A DNA stretch of 25,080 bases from an uncultured bacterium (GCA_964534375.1 CAZHPN010000080.1:1-25080), one strand, 5' to 3'; counted from the first letter of the stretch, positions 1 to 8,839 are shown. A program made the numbers and translations. Notes: a model not told the origin generated them from the sequence alone.

Positions 1-193
1 AGCCGTGGACGTAGCCGAAGCGAGTGAGGATGCCGCGCGCCACGGCGACGCCGAAATGTTCGATCAAATCCTTGCGCAGGCTGCCCATCGCCGTCGCGTC
101 GATGATCAATGCGCGTTGACCGGCGAAGCGGATCAAACCGCACTCGGCGTCAAACTCCACCAATTCCTGAATGTTCAGGTCGCCGACTTGCAC
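1..193 (-). CDS. XylR_N-domain (XylR/DmpR-type) protein, probable sigma54-dependent activator; only the 5' part is in the window
   Basis: Not in the ORF track. Manual translation from GTG at 193 gives MQVGDLNIQELVEFDAECGLIRFAGQRALIIDATAMGSLRKDLIEHFGVAVARGILTRFGYVHG, matching the XylR N-terminal pattern (F...G.I.....R.L......G.LR.ELI...G...ARG.LTRFGY..G). GGAG RBS at 202-199. Confidence 0.85.
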   Translation of the reverse strand, partial: MQVGDLNIQELVEFDAECGLIRFAGQRALIIDATAMGSLRKDLIEHFGVAVARGILTRFGYVHG

Positions 194-202
194 AACAACT
201 CC

Positions 203-328
203 ATCATTGTGATCCGAGATTAATCATTTTGATGGGCAGAGGCAAGCGTCCTGCCGGAATTGTCATTGGTCGGAACGCCGAGGATTCAAGCACTTATGCG
301 CGGGCGCGACAACGGCACGGTGCGTGCA
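203..328 (+). promoter_or_regulatory. sigma54 promoter cassette copy 1 (paired UAS, IHF-like box, -24/-12), upstream of the glgC-like gene
   Basis: ATCATTGTGAT 203-213; ATCATTTTGAT 223-233; ATTCAAGCACTTA 284-296; CGGCACGGTGCGTGCA with GG 314-315 and GC 326-327. Confidence 0.85.
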
Positions 329-467
329 GAATAAAGTGGAATCGCAAATTTACAAAGGCAAGTGGGATCCGATCAAGTACATGAAACGCATCCGAATTAC
401 GACGGGGACCGGCTGGTGAAGAAGGGGTCGCAAAGCGAAGCCGGCCCCAAATGAATGGGGGATAACG

Positions 468-1505
468 ATGAAGAAGGTTCTTTTTTTCGTCCTCGCGGGA
501 GGGCGCGGCGAACGGCTCGCCCCGTTGACCGACGCTTGTCCGAAACCGCTGCTTCATTTCGGCTTTTCGAACCGGATTATCGATTTTACTCTCTACAATT
601 GCCTCATTTCCGCCGGAACGGAAATCGTCTTGCTGACGCAACATTTCTCCGAGATGATTGAAGAATACGTTGAGGATCATTGGCGGCAGGCGTTTGCGGC
701 GCAGGGAAAGATCCTGCGGGTCGCGCGCGGAAACGACTTCCGGAAGGGATATTTTTCCGGCACCGCCGACGCCGTTTTTCAAAACCTGTCGGCGCAGGCC
801 CGCGTGCCCGAGTTGGTCGTCGTGCTGGCCGCCGATCACATTTATCGGATGAACTACCGAGCTCTGGTGCGGTTCCATCTGGAACACGGCCGGGCGGCGA
901 CCGTGGGCGCCGTGCCCTGCGATCGCGAACAGGCGCATCGCTTCGGCATCATTGACGGCGGCCAAGACGGCGCGATTCGACGTTTCCACGAAAAGCCGCA
1001 AAGCTTGGAAGGCATCGTCCCCCCGCATGTCGATCCGCTCGCCTCCATGGGGATTTATGTTTTCTCTACGGCGCCGCTGCTGAATTACTTGAAAAAGAAT
1101 CAGCAGGCGGCGTCCAACGATTTCGGCAAAGACATTTTGCCGGACATCGTGAAATCCCGGGGGGCGCTGGCTTATCCATTTGTCGGGCCGGACGGCAAGA
1201 GCGCGTACTGGCGGGATGTCGGGGATCTAGCCGCCTACCGAAAGGCGAGCGAGGAATATTTCGCTGGTCAATACCGGCGCCTGCCGTTCGAAAACGTGCC
1301 GGGCCTAAAAAATCCGTCGATCTCTTTTGGCGGGAGGTCACGGTTCTCGGCGGAACGCCTCGTCGGCGCCGGTGACGACGTGCTCGCTTTTCGGGACCAG
1401 GACCGAAAAAAGGCCACGATCCATTCCCGGAAAGTCAATCAAAACGATTACGGAATCGATCAAAATGAAATGGTGGCGACGCGGATCGATGACCGGATTA
1501 TTTGA
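468..1505 (+). CDS. glgC: GlgC-like sugar-phosphate nucleotidyltransferase lacking the C-terminal beta-helix
   Basis: Motifs LAGGRGERLAPLT..PKP, GTADAVFQN, DHIYRMNY, FHEKP, ASMGIYVF, DFGKDILP and YWRDVG. Only 345 aa, with no hexapeptide repeats after YWRDVG. Confidence 0.75.
   Translation: MKKVLFFVLAGGRGERLAPLTDACPKPLLHFGFSNRIIDFTLYNCLISAGTEIVLLTQHFSEMIEEYVEDHWRQAFAAQGKILRVARGNDFRKGYFSGTADAVFQNLSAQARVPELVVVLAADHIYRMNYRALVRFHLEHGRAATVGAVPCDREQAHRFGIIDGGQDGAIRRFHEKPQSLEGIVPPHVDPLASMGIYVFSTAPLLNYLKKNQQAASNDFGKDILPDIVKSRGALAYPFVGPDGKSAYWRDVGDLAAYRKASEEYFAGQYRRLPFENVPGLKNPSISFGGRSRFSAERLVGAGDDVLAFRDQDRKKATIHSRKVNQNDYGIDQNEMVATRIDDRII
1438..1469 (-). promoter_or_regulatory. Inverted UAS pair inside the glgC 3' end
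   Basis: Reverse complement is TTCATTTTGAT-CGATTCCGTA-ATCGTTTTGAT. It shares TCATTTTGATCGAT with the forward cassettes; the period is 21 bp. Confidence 0.6.
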
Positions 1506-1632
1506 AAATCGACGCGACAATCTCTGTTTTTTGATTGATTCCAGGGCAAATCGACCGGTTTTGCGGATTCCGTTCACCGCGGCTTTGCCGCGAAATGCGG
1601 AAGGTTCACGTGCCCGGGTGAATCGACGATTG

Positions 1633-1647
1633 CGGCACGATAATTGC
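1633..1647 (+). promoter_or_regulatory. sigma54 -24/-12 promoter for the receiver-mscS unit
   Basis: CGGCACGATAATTGC, GG(1634-35)-N10-GC(1646-47), about 50 bp before the ATG at 1698. Confidence 0.75.
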
Positions 1648-1697
1648 GAACAATTACGGAGGCGGGCATTAACGCCGGCGAATTGCGAGGAGAAAGT

Positions 1698-2147
1698 ATG
1701 CTTGAACGAAACCCGTTGGACGGCGAACGCGGGCGCGAATCCGGCCGTCGTGGGACCATCCTGGTCGTCGACGACGATTCCGACCTGCGGTGTGTCGTTC
1801 GCCAGGTTCTCGAAGAGGATCACCTCACGGTGATCGAGGCGAAGGACGGTCTGGAAGGCGTCGAGACGTTCCGCCGCGACCCGCACCGGTTTTGCGCCGT
1901 GGTCATGGACGTCGAGATGCCCCGAATGAACGGGATCGATGCCTTCCGGGAAATGCGGGCCATTCGAACGGATATCCCGGTCATCGTGGCCTCGGGGAGC
2001 CCGCCGGAAGAATACCAGCATCGCCTCCCCGCCGCGGACCGGGCCTGGATTTTGAGCAAGCCGTTCAGCCTCAAGGACTTGCTGCGCGCTTTGAGCCGCA
2101 TCGTTTCGCCCGAGGGAATACAGAACATGCGTCGGGATCGGGCGTGA
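1698..2147 (+). CDS. Single-domain response regulator (CheY-like receiver)
   Basis: ILVVDDD, VVMDVEMPRMNG, PVIVASG and ILSKPF motifs. GAGGAG RBS precedes the ATG at 1698. Confidence 0.9.
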   Translation: MLERNPLDGERGRESGRRGTILVVDDDSDLRCVVRQVLEEDHLTVIEAKDGLEGVETFRRDPHRFCAVVMDVEMPRMNGIDAFREMRAIRTDIPVIVASGSPPEEYQHRLPAADRAWILSKPFSLKDLLRALSRIVSPEGIQNMRRDRA

Positions 2148-2187
2148 AGATTGCGCGGCATCTCCGCGTTCGTCTCTGGAGGCGTTG

Positions 2188-3132
2188 ATGGCGTGGCCGA
2201 AAGTTCTCACGTGGGGCGAGCGAGGGTTCACGACGCCGCTGTTCCAACTCGCCGGGACGTCGATCACCTTGAACTCGCTGCTGACGTTTGCGGCGATCGT
2301 CATCATTTCGTATGGCGCTTCCCGGCTGGCGCAACGGGCGCTGGGCCGCATCCTGGGCACGATGACGTTGCAGAAGGCGGGCACGTCGGTCGCCTTGAAG
2401 CGGCTCGTGCATTATGTCGTGTTGCTGCTCGGCGTGGGCATCGCGTTGCAGACCGTCGGCATACGGACGCAGGCGCTGTTGACGGCAGGGGCCGTGTTCG
2501 TGGTGGCGATCGGCTTCGCGCTACAGAACACCGTGCAGAATTTCGTCTCGGGGTTCATTCTGTTGTTCGAGCACATGATCCAACCGGGCGACATCCTCGA
2601 GGTCGAGGGGAACCTGGTCAAGATCACGGAAATGGGGATCCGCACGACGATCGCGCGGACCCAAAACGAAGAGGACATCATCATCCCCAATTCGATCCTG
2701 GCTCATCGCGCGGTAAAGAGCTACACGATGAACGACTCCCTGTTTCGGCTCGAGGCCCGCGTGCGGGTCAGTTATCGATCCGACATGAAACAGGTGCTCG
2801 AGGTCCTGCGAGGCGTCGCCCGGGATCTCCCCTGGCGGAGACCAGAGAAGGATCCCGCGGTCCAGATGGACGAATTTGGCGATTCCGGCGTTCACTTTCG
2901 CGTGCTCGTCTGGGTCGACGACCCATGGGTGGCGCCCGCCTCCGACCTAAACGAGAAAATCTGGTGGGCGCTCAAGGAAGCGGGAATCATGGTCGCCTAC
3001 CCGCAACGAGACGTTCACCTGGGACCCGAGGTTGTCGAGGCGCTTTCGAGAGAATCGACGAGCCGACCGGCCCTGGTGGAACACCCCGTTCCAGATCCGT
3101 GCGCGGGCCCCGCGCCGCTGTCACGCCAATAA
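2188..3132 (+). CDS. mscS: Small-conductance mechanosensitive channel (MscS family)
   Basis: Three hydrophobic helices, then AIGFALQNTVQNFVSGFILLFE..IQPGD, EMGIRTT, IIIPNS and AYPQRDVHL. GGAGG RBS. Confidence 0.92.
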   Translation: MAWPKVLTWGERGFTTPLFQLAGTSITLNSLLTFAAIVIISYGASRLAQRALGRILGTMTLQKAGTSVALKRLVHYVVLLLGVGIALQTVGIRTQALLTAGAVFVVAIGFALQNTVQNFVSGFILLFEHMIQPGDILEVEGNLVKITEMGIRTTIARTQNEEDIIIPNSILAHRAVKSYTMNDSLFRLEARVRVSYRSDMKQVLEVLRGVARDLPWRRPEKDPAVQMDEFGDSGVHFRVLVWVDDPWVAPASDLNEKIWWALKEAGIMVAYPQRDVHLGPEVVEALSRESTSRPALVEHPVPDPCAGPAPLSRQ

Positions 3133-3253
3133 GTTGGCCCGCGGCGCCTCGAAGCGACTCAGGCCGCCCCCGACGAGGTTCCATCCATGCGGTGGGCGTC
3201 GTCGGCCCCTGTCAGACGGCAAAGGTTCCCGTCGTCGACCGGCATGGCGGCCC

Positions 3254-3377
3254 CTCATTTTGATCGACCAACGATCATATTGATGAACGTTTTCCATCGC
3301 TTTGTTCCACATGTCTTCGACGAAAGGCCGGAAAATCGGGCACTTACGCGAGGGCGCGGCTATGGCACAGCGCTTGC
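3254..3377 (+). promoter_or_regulatory. sigma54 promoter cassette copy 2
   Basis: CTCATTTTGAT 3254-3264; ATCATATTGAT 3274-3284; AATCGGGCACTTA 3334-3346; TGGCACAGCGCTTGC with GG 3364-65 and GC 3376-77. Confidence 0.9.
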
Positions 3378-3409
3378 GAACGCAATGAGAACATAAGGAG
3401 ACTGGAATT

Positions 3410-4654
3410 ATGAAAACGTGGGCGATGGTTGGGATCTTTGCCTTGTTGACGCTCGTCGTCGGCTGCAAACCGCAAGCGGCAGCCGGCGGACAATCCGCGG
3501 ACGTGCAGAAACTGCAGAACGAGCGCGCCGGCGAACAAAAGACGATTGTCGCCTTGCACCGGGAGGCGCCGCGCACCGAGGCGTTGCTCCAGGCCGCGCA
3601 GGCCCAACAGAAAAACGATTGGGTCTCTGCCGCCGCGTGGATGCAAAAGGCGAACGATGCCGCGCCCGAGGAATCGGTCGCGCCGCCCGAAAGTGTTTCT
3701 TCGCTCCCGCCAGCCGAAGAGGCCGGCGCCGCGCCAGACCCGGCGGCTTCGGCCGCCGAACAAGCGTTGTCCGCGTCATACTGCAATCGATTCCCCGGCG
3801 ATTGTTTTCCCGGGAAGGACGGTCTTGTCGTTCCTTACGGCGACCTCGATCGCTGGCGTCATCAGCGGCCCGACCAGGAATCGCCCGCACATGGCGATTC
3901 CGTCCCGCCGCTGAATTGGAACGCTTTCCCGGTTCCCGGAATTCCCGTCGACCGGTCGGCGCCGCCGCCGCAACAAACGTGGCCGACGCAATCCTCGCCG
4001 ACAAATCCGTGGCCGACACAATCGTCGGCGACACAACCGTCCCTGACGGATCCGTGGCCGACACAATCGTCGGCGACGCAACCCGCGCCAGCGGCGACGG
4101 AACCGACGCAGACGCAGATATCGGAGCCGCTTACGCCGCGGACACAACCGTCGTTAACGCAATTGACGACGACGCAACCGACGCCGACGCCCCAGTCGTT
4201 GGCGAGACAACCGGGGACGCCGCTGCCCCAACCGACGCCGACGCAACCGCCGAGACAGCCGACGCCGGCGCCGCCGCCGGGCGCCTAATGCGACCGATAC
4301 CCGAACGATTGCTACTGTGGGCCGGTCGGCAATTTCATTCCTTTCGGCGACGGCGATCGCTGGCGTCATCGGCGGCCCGACCGGAACTTCCCCGCCAGCG
4401 GCGGTTCCGTGCCGCCGCGCTATGCGAACACGCCGTCGGGTCCCCGAAATCCGGGCGCCCCGACCCCGCCTTTCGCAGGGGACCGCCGGCCGCCGCCGCA
4501 TCGCATGAATCACGACGAGCCGCCGCCGCAACGCGCGAACCGCGCCGCGCCGCAGGATGTGGCGGGCGCCGATCCTGTCCATTCCGATGATCCCGCTCGT
4601 CCGGTCCAAACGAAGTTATCGACGCGTCTGACGCCCGCTCATTTTGATCGATGA
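3410..4654 (+). pseudogene. Pro/Thr/Gln-rich lipoprotein interrupted by an in-frame TAA at 4286-4288 (intact 5' ORF 3410-4288)
   Basis: AAGGAG RBS, signal peptide and lipobox LVVGC. The frame stays open after the TAA until TGA 4652-4654 and encodes a second copy of an internal Cys motif in which TAA aligns with TAC (Tyr). Confidence 0.7.
3970..4270 (+). repeat. Coding low-complexity tandem repeats (WPTQSS.TQP / TQPTP)
   Basis: Repeated CCGTGGCCGACACAATCGTCGGCGAC and ACGCAACCG units. Boundaries are approximate. Confidence 0.8.
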
Positions 4655-4761
4655 TGGATCATATTGATAAAGAAGTTTCGGCGCCGCGGCCGGCCTGTTT
4701 TCTGCGGAAGGTCGGAAATACGGGCACTTACGCGGGGGCGGGGAATTGGCACAACACTTGC
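4638..4761 (+). promoter_or_regulatory. sigma54 promoter cassette copy 3
   Basis: CTCATTTTGAT 4638-4648; ATCATATTGAT 4658-4668; GCACTTA 4724-4730; TTGGCACAACACTTGC with GG 4748-49 and GC 4760-61. Confidence 0.9.
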
Positions 4762-4914
4762 GGCAAGGGAAAGGCGAGAAAACCGAAGTTCTCGGGGGGT
4801 GTTCTCACGATTACTTCCAAATCTGGGGCCAATCGCAAGACGGCGCTTGCCGGCGGCTGCGCCGGCGCCGGCCGCGAGGAAATCATTCCGCGCGGCGACG
4901 TGGAGGAACAACGA

Positions 4915-5184
4915 ATGAGCCAAAACGCGGACCTTTATGATTCCAGCGGCAAAAAGCTGGCGCACGTTCAGGTCGACATCGGGCCGGGACAATGGGGCGA
5001 CGGTAGTCCGGCGCAGGTGGCTTCGTTCCAGGTGCTTCCCGAAGTGCCGGTCAACGACAAGGATCGGTTCGAGTTGCGCTTCGCCGGCGGGGACGTGAAA
5101 AAAATCGCCATTTTCTGGGAGGACGGGATATTCGACAAGTCCATGGGGTCATCGCCGAGAGGAGTGAAGGGATTTCTAACCTGA
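4915..5184 (+). CDS. Small hypothetical protein (89 aa)
   Basis: GGAGG RBS before the ATG at 4915. Globular-looking composition; first gene after cassette 3. No family recognised. Confidence 0.7.
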   Translation: MSQNADLYDSSGKKLAHVQVDIGPGQWGDGSPAQVASFQVLPEVPVNDKDRFELRFAGGDVKKIAIFWEDGIFDKSMGSSPRGVKGFLT

Positions 5185-5257
5185 ACGCCACCGTCTCTGA
5201 ACAGGATGATGTGTACTTTCGCGATCGAGAACGAAATTTATCTAAAAGGAGGTTCTC

Positions 5258-5569
5258 TTGCAAACTGCAATCACCGCCCATCAGGAACATTTGCACAATC
5301 GCGCGGTCCTCGAAGTCTGTTCCAACCTCGATAACGCTTGCGCGCAGGCGATCGTCGCGCACGCGACAACATCGTTGCGGAACGGCTCGGAAGCCATCGT
5401 CGTCGATCTCAGCAAGCGGAAAGGAATTTCTTTGCTCGAGTTGGCGGTGCTCATCGACCGCGCCGACGAAGCCGGCGTCCTGGGAAAGGTGGCGTTCCAT
5501 CTCTCCGACACGGCGATCCGACGATTTTTTGCAAATATGAAACGCATTGGGATGATCTTGAGCGCTTGA
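5258..5569 (+). CDS. STAS-like (anti-sigma factor antagonist-like) protein
   Basis: AGGAGG RBS and TTG start. Pattern VLEVCSNLD...AIVVDLSK..GIS..ELAVL...IRRFF fits a divergent STAS fold. Confidence 0.65.
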   Translation: MQTAITAHQEHLHNRAVLEVCSNLDNACAQAIVAHATTSLRNGSEAIVVDLSKRKGISLLELAVLIDRADEAGVLGKVAFHLSDTAIRRFFANMKRIGMILSA

Positions 5570-5748
5570 GCCGCCGAGTCGGCGCCAAGCCGGAAAAGGC
5601 GTCGAGACACTCAACCCACCGTGCGACAAGATGATGACGACGTTGGCGCAACGGTCAGGCGGAATTTGACGAGAGCGGATCTCGTCGCGACGCTGGCCCC
5701 GGTTTGGACAATCCGTGGGTCACCTGCGCGAGTGAAGGAATAGCGAAA

Positions 5749-6177
5749 GTGACAAAAATTGATAAAGCGATTGAAATGTTAGGCATGGCGCGTCGGTTGC
5801 TTGGCCAGGACGAAGAAATGGTGACTCGTTTTTACCCCAGCACACAAGAGTTCGACACCAAGATTCTGAACGGTGAAACGCTTTGCCTGCGCATCCTGCA
5901 CCTTATCGTTTTCGACGTCGACGACCCCGATCTGACCCGGGAGCAACTTGCAGCGCAGCTCCGCGGCCGTGGGGTCGAAATCCTGCCGCAGCTTCCCGCC
6001 GACGAAGCGAAGGTGATTGCCGATTTGGACAGATTCCTTCCTTATCCGGGGCCGGCCCGGGTTGCGTTTCAGTCGGCGAAACGTCAACTCCAAGAAAGTC
6101 GGCAGACCTACCTGGCGGCGAAGGGTCTGCTGGCCGACCGGGTGCATAATCTCGGATTGCCGCCGTTGCATGAGTGA
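5749..6177 (+). CDS. Hypothetical protein
   Basis: Open frame with protein-like composition and a GAAGGA RBS before GTG 5749. Ends 13 bp before cassette 4. The start is uncertain. Confidence 0.6.
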   Translation: MTKIDKAIEMLGMARRLLGQDEEMVTRFYPSTQEFDTKILNGETLCLRILHLIVFDVDDPDLTREQLAAQLRGRGVEILPQLPADEAKVIADLDRFLPYPGPARVAFQSAKRQLQESRQTYLAAKGLLADRVHNLGLPPLHE

Positions 6178-6190
6178 CATGTCGGCTATG

Positions 6191-6314
6191 CTTATTTTGA
6201 CCGAAAATGTGTCATATTGACAGAAATCTGAGTCTGAGCTGTTCGCCGGTTTTCAACGCCGGTCAGTGATTACCGGCACTTACATGCGAGCGTTGCGCTG
6301 GCACAATTTTTGCA
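6191..6314 (+). promoter_or_regulatory. sigma54 promoter cassette copy 4 (variant UAS)
   Basis: CTTATTTTGAC 6191-6201; GTCATATTGAC 6211-6221; GCACTTA 6276-6282; CTGGCACAATTTTTGCA with GG 6300-01 and GC 6312-13. Confidence 0.88.
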
Positions 6315-6437
6315 TTATTGGAGATAATCGAGAACGCATGTGATTCATTGACGTGGAAATGGCGTCAGCAAGTTTGTGTCTTGGCAAATTATCCCGGAGT
6401 GAGCAATCCGGGCATCTCGGAGCAAGGAGTTATCGCG

Positions 6438-8528
6438 ATGAAAACCAGCAGTTGGTGTTTGTTAGCTCTGTTGCCGGTCATGTTGCTCGCCGGAACGGCG
6501 GCCTGCGGCTCTTTGAGCAGCGGCGGCGGCCATTCCGCAGACGACGAGGCATCGCCAGGCGACGACGATGACGATGCATCGCCGAACGACGACGATAACG
6601 ATGATTCCTGGCCGGCCGATGACGACGACAACGACAATGACGACAACGACGACAACGACAATGACGACAATGACGACGACGACAACGACAATGACGACAA
6701 TGACAATGATGACGACGATCTGACCGGATTTTGCAGCCCCGACGGTTGGTGCTGGCAGGACCCAATGCCGCAAGGGAATGACCTGAACGGCGTGTGGGCG
6801 GCCTCGCCGACGGACGTCTTCGCGGTCGGCGACGGCGGCGCGATCCTGCGCTGGGACGGCTCGGCCTTGTCGCCGATGGCGAGCGGCGTGACGGCCAACC
6901 TGAACGGAATCTGGGCGACCGCGGCGGACGATGTGTTTGCGGTCGGCAACGCGACCGATGGCGAACTTCGCCCGCTGAACGGCGTGATTTTGCATTTCGA
7001 CGGCGCCTCGTGGTCGGACATGGCAGATTGGCCGACTTTCGGCTTGACCGGCGTGGCGGGCGTCTCGCCCTCGAACGCGTTCGCCGTGGGCTGGGACGAC
7101 CCCAACCAAAGCAGCGTCATCCTGCACTATGACGGCGCCGCCTGGTCGCCGATGACCGTCGATTTCCCCTACCCGTTGCTTGGCGTGTGGGCCGCTTCGG
7201 CGACCGACGTTTATGCGGCGGGCGCGGATAACGCCAAGGAGTTGGGCGTGGTGCTGCACTACGACGGTTCGGCGTGGTCGGTCGCGTACACCAGCGGCTT
7301 GGGCGCGTCGAAGATGTATGCCGTTTGGGGAACCTCATCGTCAGATGTCTATGCGGTCGGCGAGGTATCCGGCTCGGGCATCGCCGTGCATTTCGACGGC
7401 GCCGCATGGACCGACATCGGCAGCCTGGAGCAAACCGGGCAACTGCTCGGCGTATGGGGCTCTTCGTCGTCCGACGTGTACGCCGCGGGTTACAACGTGC
7501 TGTTCCATTACGACGGCGCGGCGTGGTCGGCGGTCTCTCTCGGAACCGGCGTCAACGACTTGCTGGCCGTCGGCGGCGCGTCGCCGGACGCAGTATTCGC
7601 GGTGGGCGACGGCGGCGTGATGCTCCGTAAAAACGGCGCGAACTGGACCTCGGTGACCCGCATCGTCGGGTATGATTTCACCGGTGTTTGGGGGAGTTCT
7701 CCCTCGAACGTGTTCGCCCTCGGCGATTCGGCGGTGCACTACGACGGCTCGGCGTGGTCGCTGAACTGGAGCTTTCCCTCCGATGAGCGGGGCACGAGTT
7801 TTTCCGGCATCTGGGGCGCGTCGGCGTCCAGCGTGTTCGCCGTGGCGTCCAACACGGTCCTTCATTACGACGGGTCGTCCTGGTCGACCATCGCGTCGTT
7901 TGGCGATGGGTTGTATGTCTCGGTCAGCCTCTTCGGAATCTGGGGCTCGTCGCCGACGGACATTTACGTCGTCGGCGGCTGCACGGTGTGGGAGGTATGG
8001 TCCTTCGAAAATCCCGTTGTTTTGCACTATGACGGCGCCCGCTGGTCCCTGGCGATGGCGGGAAACCAACAGGAATACACGGTGGCCGACTTTACCGGCG
8101 TGTGGGGAGCATCGCGTTCCGACGTTTTTGTTGTGGGCGACGGCGTTTACCATTTTGACGGCAAGAACTGGACGCCGATGACCGTCCCGGGTTCAGCCGC
8201 GCCGACCGGCGTGTGGGGGACCTCCTCTTCGGATGTGTTCGCCGCGGGCGGCGGCGGGATCTTGCATTACGACGGGTCGGTCTGGTCGCCCATGGCCCTG
8301 CCGGACGGGACGCCCGCCTACGGCAACGCCGTTTGGGGCAGCGGTCCATCGGACGTTTACGCGGTAGGCTCCTCCGGCGCGATACTGCACTTCGACGGCG
8401 CCTCGTGGACGGCGATGTCCAGCGGCACGGCAAATAATCTCTACGCCGTTTGGGGCTCGTCCGCGAACGACGTCTTCGCGGTCGGTCTTTACGCGATCCT
8501 CCATCACGGCGCGTCGGGCAAGAGGTAA
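6438..8528 (+). CDS. Lipoprotein with an Asp/Asn-rich linker and ~40-aa repeats (probable beta-propeller)
   Basis: AAGGAG RBS and signal peptide ending LLAGTAAC. A poly-D/N tract is followed by more than ten repeats of VWG.S.SDVYAVG...ILHYDG.AWS. Confidence 0.85.
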   Translation: MKTSSWCLLALLPVMLLAGTAACGSLSSGGGHSADDEASPGDDDDDASPNDDDNDDSWPADDDDNDNDDNDDNDNDDNDDDDNDNDDNDNDDDDLTGFCSPDGWCWQDPMPQGNDLNGVWAASPTDVFAVGDGGAILRWDGSALSPMASGVTANLNGIWATAADDVFAVGNATDGELRPLNGVILHFDGASWSDMADWPTFGLTGVAGVSPSNAFAVGWDDPNQSSVILHYDGAAWSPMTVDFPYPLLGVWAASATDVYAAGADNAKELGVVLHYDGSAWSVAYTSGLGASKMYAVWGTSSSDVYAVGEVSGSGIAVHFDGAAWTDIGSLEQTGQLLGVWGSSSSDVYAAGYNVLFHYDGAAWSAVSLGTGVNDLLAVGGASPDAVFAVGDGGVMLRKNGANWTSVTRIVGYDFTGVWGSSPSNVFALGDSAVHYDGSAWSLNWSFPSDERGTSFSGIWGASASSVFAVASNTVLHYDGSSWSTIASFGDGLYVSVSLFGIWGSSPTDIYVVGGCTVWEVWSFENPVVLHYDGARWSLAMAGNQQEYTVADFTGVWGASRSDVFVVGDGVYHFDGKNWTPMTVPGSAAPTGVWGTSSSDVFAAGGGGILHYDGSVWSPMALPDGTPAYGNAVWGSGPSDVYAVGSSGAILHFDGASWTAMSSGTANNLYAVWGSSANDVFAVGLYAILHHGASGKR
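6540..6720 (+). repeat. Coding GAC/GAT/AAC/AAT simple repeat (Asp/Asn tract)
   Basis: Runs of GACGACAACGACAAT encoding DDDNDNDDNDD. Confidence 0.9.
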
Positions 8529-8655
8529 TTCCATGAAACGCAGCAATCGGTCTCTTTTGCCTTTCCCGACCGCGTAGGGCTCGTTTCCGTGACCGACGCC
8601 GCCAGTTCCGATGACCCTGCTGTCGCGCCAGCGAGCGCCGCGGGCGCATCTGCCG

Positions 8656-8777
8656 TTCATTTCGATCGGCGCTCAATCATATTGATGCAGTTTCGTGACA
8701 ACCTATTCGCCCGTTTTCGGTGGAATGCCGCGATTTCAAGCACTTACATGCGGTGGCGGAAATGGCACGAGGTTTGC
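8656..8777 (+). promoter_or_regulatory. sigma54 promoter cassette copy 5
   Basis: TTCATTTCGAT 8656-8666; ATCATATTGAT 8676-8686; TTTCAAGCACTTA 8734-8746; TGGCACGAGGTTTGC with GG 8764-65 and GC 8776-77. Confidence 0.9.
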
Positions 8778-8839
8778 CAGAGGTAGGAGGTGAAAAAAGG
8801 AAACCGAATGCCTCGGGGTTCCTTCAAAGGGAGGCCAAC

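Noticed and set aside
5..223. Plus-strand 72-aa ORF at the window start
   Set aside because: It is antisense to the XylR_N coding frame, which has a clear family signature.
404..448. Hairpin with GTCGCAAAGC in the glgC leader, resembling a c-di-GMP-I riboswitch
   Set aside because: The upstream GGCAAAC/GNRA stem and the downstream tetraloop receptor are missing. An Infernal search against RF01051 would settle it.
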